The notes beneath the pieces were generated by a model that had not been told where the DNA came from, ran no database searches, and saw only the letters and a program-made list of their open reading frames with translations. From Phallusia mammillata (lineage: Eukaryota), in assembly GCA_965637545.1 (NCBI GenBank), contig OZ281496.1, positions 26,226,001-26,290,000 of the forward strand: DNA of 64,000 nt, given 5' to 3'. The first letter of the stretch is position 1. Each line of letters starts with the position of its first letter. Made by a program: the position numbers and the translations under genes. Below are positions 58,056 to 64,000 of the stretch, in pieces.

Positions 58056-60157
58056 TTTCTTTGCCTTACAGTACAACAACGAAACTGAATACACCACAGC
58101 AGAAACGCATATGCGACACCGACACGCTTTCACAGATGAATAACCCGCCATAAGTGACTTCTAAACTGCAAATCGTGACAGTAATCTACAAATAACTACG
58201 TGTTAACATAGTGTTGATCGGATGCTTTATGGCCTTGGGGCAATTCACGATGACACCCAGGTGCATGTTGTCGTTGCTTACGTGTCATACACATTAAACG
58301 AAATAGAATATAACCCTGTTTCTTGCATTGTTATTAACGACCAAGCTTACTATTGTAACTTAGAAGTAGTAAACATGTAAAATTACGGTGCTTTTTTGTT
58401 TCGATAGCGTTTGTAGCGCTGGTGTTTTTTTATACTTTTGTTTCCCAAACCATAATGTTAAAACTATTAGATACCCTTACACCCACCTCCTATACAGCCT
58501 CAAAAACGGTTGAGATCGAATTTGATAACCTAAGGTTTGGCCCTATTTATAAACAAATACGCTTGTTAAAAATTTTTGAAGTTTAAAAAAGTGACGAAAG
58601 TCTAGTTTAGTTTTTTTGCCACTATACTATAGTTTCATAGTGAATTTGAAGGTTTTTGCTTCCTTCATATTTATTACCCTGGGATAGTTTAGATAGAGTT
58701 TTTACAGATAACTGAGACAATCTCGATAGAGCAACAACTGCTTTTAAACACAGACGCCGCTGATTGAGCTTTCCAAACGTTTTTTTGCTTCCTCCTTCGG
58801 GCACATTGCACCTCAGAAGGCAGTGCGTCGAAGGCGCTTTGTTACTTACTGTGCATTTGGAGATGTAGCTGTGTGTCAGGATTAACATATCTTGGACATA
58901 TGTGAGAAATACAAGCTAACATCTCGGTTGGAAAGAAAAGGTAAGTTTAATTTTATCAAATTTGGTTATTTATTTTTTGTAAGTTATAAATTTGTAGTTC
59001 GATTTTTAATGCGTTTAGGTGCCACAAAGCGTAAGCCAAAATATTTCACTACAAATTTAAATGCGTTTACACAATTAGTGTGTTTATCATCCAAGTTCAT
59101 GTCATACACACACAAATAACAATAGTAAGTCACTTTTAATAGCGTTGTATAATTCCACCATCGGTTACACACAGCTCAACAAGAACAATATCAGAAATTC
59201 CGGTTAGCGTGATGAACATTGATTAGTATTCAACAAGAAGTGATGCCGTATGCTATCTGTTATTGGTCACTGAACTATTTCTTACTCTGGACTACATGGT
59301 TTTCGACAATATTTTTTTATCATCCGTTTAAGGTTTGATTCTGCGTTAAAACGTTTTCAAAGTTGTCGCAAAAAATGAAACCATGTTTGTCCACACCTTT
59401 TGAAATGTAGCATCTCAAGCACTTAAACCATGACAACAACAGTTTGTTTTATCTCATAAAGTTTGTTTAATAATCCTAACAGATCGCATTAAATGGGCTA
59501 CTAAGTTGTGCTACCTGCCACGAACGCAACTCCCCCCCAAAATCATACAAAACCCAAATAGAATTTCCATGCCTGCTTCCAATCGATTTTAGCAGAAGGT
59601 GTTGTAACCTTAGCTTACAGAACAACTTCTTTAAAACTAAATAACGACTCAAAACAAATAATATGAACGTTTTGCAAAAGTACACTTCTAATTAAACATT
59701 CACCAGTTTGTGCCTGTTGTTTATCATGCTTTGTCTTCATCAAGTTATTGCTCAGGGGCCGGTTAAACATCTAAAATCTAATACTTGCTGACCTAGCAAT
59801 TTGCGCGCAGATTGTGCGAAGAAACGAGGTAACTTAATTTGTTGCCAAAAATGTCAGAAAATTTCCTGGCTAGTGTAAACAAACCGCGTTGTTTCTTTCA
59901 TGCGAAATAATATACCTTGATTTACGTTTTGTATTTAAGTGTGTCGTTGGTTACTATTGGTAACAGTGGCATTTGTCTTTACTCTCAACCTTACACAATT
60001 AAATGCAAAAATGTAAGGTAAGGGCGTTAGAAAAATGAAAGGTTTCTATGTTCCACCAGCGGTTAGAAGTAATCACCCAACCAACCATAAACAAACGTTT
60101 TAGACAATTGATGGTTCCGTTTGCTGTTTCTTTGAATTTTTTGAGCAACTTCAGTTG

Positions 60158-62399
60158 TTAATTGTGATCGTGCATTACGTGGTCGCATGGGTTTTTGCAA
60201 AAGTATTTGTCCATCACTGTTAGGGTTTGAGTTGTAACATCTTCGATGTTCTCGTCGATGATATAGACAAGTTCTTCATCTCCCGTTAGTTCGGTCAATT
60301 TTTTTCTGTCGAACTTTACGTTGCCTGTTTGATACGCCATAATGTAAACCTGCATTGAGAAAATCAATACCGTGGTTATCCACCATATATTTATATTTTA
60401 AAGTATTGTTGTTTTGTTCTGTTTTGTAGCAATTGATAAACTCTATGAAACGCAATTAGGAGTCAGGTCAGTAGCTATTTGCAAATTCCAGCGAAAAAAC
60501 TTTATGTATACGCCTACCCACCACAAACTACACATGAACCAATGCGTTAAAAATAATTTTTATTCTTGATTGCTACATAACTGACTTTTGTCAGAGTATA
60601 ATTTGATACAATGGTCAATCATTTGTTCGTTGCTTGGGTGCCAGTTGGTTTATCTGAAACAAGGTTAAGTGTCTGATAACACTCAAGTCTAGTGTGCATA
60701 AATAAATATGGGTATTTTATTCCAGGGATCTGGAAGTCCGTCCGTGCAATTAATGTGCTGTGCATTCTTACTTTTTTAAGTAAATTTCTACGTGCGTCTG
60801 AAGCTGAGTTGATTTGAGCAAAATTAAACTCACTATGTAACCACGTCTTCTGGCTTCTTCTGCCGGGCCCTTTGCATCTTCGCTTGGATGTGTATTTGTT
60901 ACAATTCCCAAACCTTTTGGTGCTCTGTTATCCCTCATTCCCGCTTCCGGAACAAAAAGATTATCAAGAGCATATTGAATAGCTCTTCCAGTACTTAGTT
61001 TACCTATAAAAGACCAGATTTAAAACCAGGTCTTTGGCTTACCCGTTTTACCACTGTATTCCTTACCTTCGTTTACTACAGTCATTCTTTGGCGAACCAA
61101 TTCCATAAGCAGAGTGGCATTTTCGCCATACTCGTTGAACTTAACTATAGACGATTCGACTGGTTCAGCGCTGTGATATACTGTTGATACTTTTATTGCA
61201 TCATTTGCAATAACTCCACTGCAGAAAAATGTTAGACAATACATACTTTTTTTTGTCAACATCAAACTACTCACTACACGACGAATTCTAGCATCTTTTG
61301 AAGTTGTTTTTCGGCATCGTCTCCAACAACATGAAAGAGTCCCAAGTCGTCAAGTAAATAGTAGGGTGGGCATGGACCTATCCAAAAACCAAAATGCTGT
61401 ATAGAAGCCCCTGGAATGATCTTTTTAAAACTTGTTTTCCTTACGTGCACAGCAGGGTGGCTCGTAAGCCCAAGAGCCGTTTCCCAAACAAACGTTTGTC
61501 GAATGTCCTTTTGGCCAGACGGAATAGTCCTTTCCCGTGCATTGATATTCACAAATTGCCGATCCAGGTTTGTTGCTACCATAACATTCGATATTGCCGT
61601 GTGGTAAGACTGTGGACGATACTGGGCAATCTTGCGCCAAAACTGCCACATTAAATCAATTAGTATACGCGATTTACGTAACATAGGTTATGTCCAAACC
61701 TGGCTCAATGTTCTTGTAATGGCCTATACACGTTGGCAGACCAACATTGCACATATTTGTACCACAGCAGCACGTACAGATTGAAGTAACTTGATCTAAG
61801 TTGCATTGTCTTGAGCGTTCTGAGTATCGTTTGTTCTGGTTGTTCAATTTGATGTTTATTGGGCGTGGGTTGTACATTTTATACATTTATACCTGTAGTT
61901 GATTGTCTTTGCACGCTCTCTCATCTTTACACCCTTTCATCACTGTTATGTGTTTATCTTGACGCCTCACGACAGTTTCACATGAGAGCTACAAGTTACA
62001 TTGAGTTGGGTTGAGTTAATTTGACTTAAAAGTAATTTAATATCGTCTCGTCTCGGTTTTTAGTCTTGATTAGACCTGTTTTTTATTGTAAGGCAAAAAC
62101 GACATGGTCTTTCCGCTTACCTGATTGGATAGACATTGTTGTACTTGTCCATTCAAGTTACAGTCTTCAAAACCACTTGAACTGTAACATCTCATGCATT
62201 TTAGACCTACAAGCATATTATAGTTTAGACATATCATAGTTTTATTTCACTTTGCGTATTTTTAAGCATGTACGGCATTTCATATTGATCCAAACAAACG
62301 CATTGTTAATTAATTTTGTGTAGCTTACTTACTTTGGACGCATAAGAGTACTTTAAAAAGCGCCAAAATCCTAATAAAAAATCTCATTCTGCTTCTCAT
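60158..62399 (-). CDS. V3: secreted LU-like-sushi-vWA protein (391-395 aa)
   Basis: Exons 62399(or 62387)-62333, 62206-62121, 61988-61893, 61835-61700, 61630-61445, 61377-61275, 61218-61067, 61003-60834 and 60349-60158 (ends FCKNPCDHVMHDHN). Open frame, GT-AG introns. Confidence 0.88.
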
Positions 62400-62899
62400 T
62401 AAAATTTGAAAGAGAATATTTAGGCCCTGTTGGCGACAACTAATCGGTAAAACTAAGCTGCAATCTGTCTTAACTTCTGTTTTTACCCCTCGGGGCAGTC
62501 CATAAGTGCTAATTTCAAAACGACAAACTTTTAACGTAGAAACCGCGGTTGAATGAAACATCAAAGTTCATTAGTGTTGTGCGTCACGCTTTGTCCATGT
62601 TATTGCACCTGTACTGGTGACAAATACTTTCTGGTCCCGTGTGTCTTGGTATTTAGCCTGTGTAAAAGTACGCAAAAAAACACAGATAACCTTCATGATA
62701 ATGATAAAAAAAGTAGTTGGACGAAATCCCGCTAAAAATTTCGCTAGGAATACTTAACATTAACGCACTGCGCAAACAGTGCATTGGCATTTCTATCGAG
62801 CGCGTAGTTAAAGTAAAACAGGAACTCATTTTTTGGGGTTTCCAAACATAATGTTACATATTCTTCATTCGGGCCATTGTAACTACTGCTGGTTGGTTT

Positions 62900-64000
62900 C
62901 TATTGGTGTTCATGCATCACGTGATCGCACGGGTTGTGACAGAAGTATTTGTCCATCACATCAAGTGTTTGTGCTGTAACCGCTTCAATGTCGTCGTCAA
63001 AAATGTAGACAAGCTCTTCCGCTCCCGTGATTTGAGCCAAACGCTCTCTGTCGAACTTAGTGCTACCGGTTTGATAAGCGTTCACGTACACCTGCATAAA
63101 ACGCTTGATTTTGTAGCAATGCGTTAACGTGAATGTCCAAGTTTGATGAAATTGTTTTGGTGCAAATTAAATGTGCTTAAAACTAAATTGATTTGTCATA
63201 GGGATATTGTAGCCTACAGTAAAATTGTATGAAAACTAATGCATTTTGGTCGTATTGTTTTGAAACCCGTTTTGGATGTAACTGTGTTGTATTAAAAGTG
63301 CTGAAACCACTTACAATATAACCTCGTCTTCTTGCTTCTTCTGCCGGCCCCTTGGCGTCTTCGCTTAAGTTGGTATTTGTTATAATTCCCAAAGATTTCG
63401 GTGCTCGGCCATCCCTCATTCCAGCTTCAGGGACAAACAAATTGTCCAGAGCATACTGTATAGCATTTCCAGTGCTTAATTCTCCTGTTAGTAAGGCATT
63501 AACGTGAGAAAACAGCCATTGTGATTGATGCATTGTAGGCTGTACTTTTACCTTCGTTTACCACAGACATTCTTTTTCGTACCAACTCCACAAGGAGTGT
63601 AGCATTTTCGCCATAGTCGTTGAACTGAACTATAGATGATTCGACCGGATCACCGCTGTGATACATCGTTGAAATTTTGATCGCATCGAATGCAATAACA
63701 CCACTAAAAACATTTACAGTATACATTTGACAGGAGGGTCTTTTGGCGAAACGTAAATGCACTTACTACACGACAAACTCCAACATTTCTTGAAGTTGTT
63801 TTTCGGCATCGTTTCCAGTGACATGATAAATCTGCAGGTCGTCAAGCAAATAATAAGGCGGACAGGGTCCTTCGTAAAACAGAAACATGATAGAAGAGAA
63901 ACCTTTATTTGTTACCTAATATTTTTGCACCTACGGGCACAACATGGTGGTTCGTATGCCCACGAACCGTTACCCAAACAAACATTTGTCAAACGTCCTT
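62900..64000 (-). CDS. V4: 3' part of a fourth paralog (sushi end + vWA); 5' exons lie beyond the window
   Basis: Exons >64000-63935 (CCP end), 63869-63767, 63703-63552, 63484-63315 and 63091-62900 (ends FCHNPCDHVMHEHQ). Closest to V3. Confidence 0.85.

Overview
AT-rich eukaryotic genomic DNA with short GT-AG introns and one 200-N scaffold gap (27053-27252). The domain repertoire and intron sizes suggest an invertebrate chordate such as an ascidian; this is inference only. There are two multigene clusters. (1) 1-49 kb: a tandem array of genes for type II membrane proteins with the layout cytoplasmic tail - TM - stalk - 3 to 7 EGF modules - C-terminal C-type lectin domain (CTLD). Five are intact on the minus strand (my labels L1, L3, L4, L6, L7), one is partial (L0), two are on the plus strand (L8, L9) with nonsense codons in the putative stalk exon, two are broken (L2, L5), and several decayed exon relics lie between them. 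Paralogs combine different Tyr-motif tails with different, loop-variable lectin heads, and two genes are recombinant hybrids that switch ancestry at or near the last EGF exon. (2) 50.8-64 kb: four paralogous genes for secreted proteins with the layout signal peptide - 14-Cys three-finger (Ly6/uPAR-like) domain - sushi/CCP - vWA domain lacking a MIDAS motif (V1-V4). The window also holds recent segmental duplications, a ~2 kb inverted duplication around the gap, many hAT-type MITEs with 8-bp TSDs, a solo LTR, a 5'-truncated RTE-type LINE, a 77-bp-arm hairpin insertion and a minimal hammerhead ribozyme motif. All exon models were built by hand from splice sites and reading phase; no database search was run.
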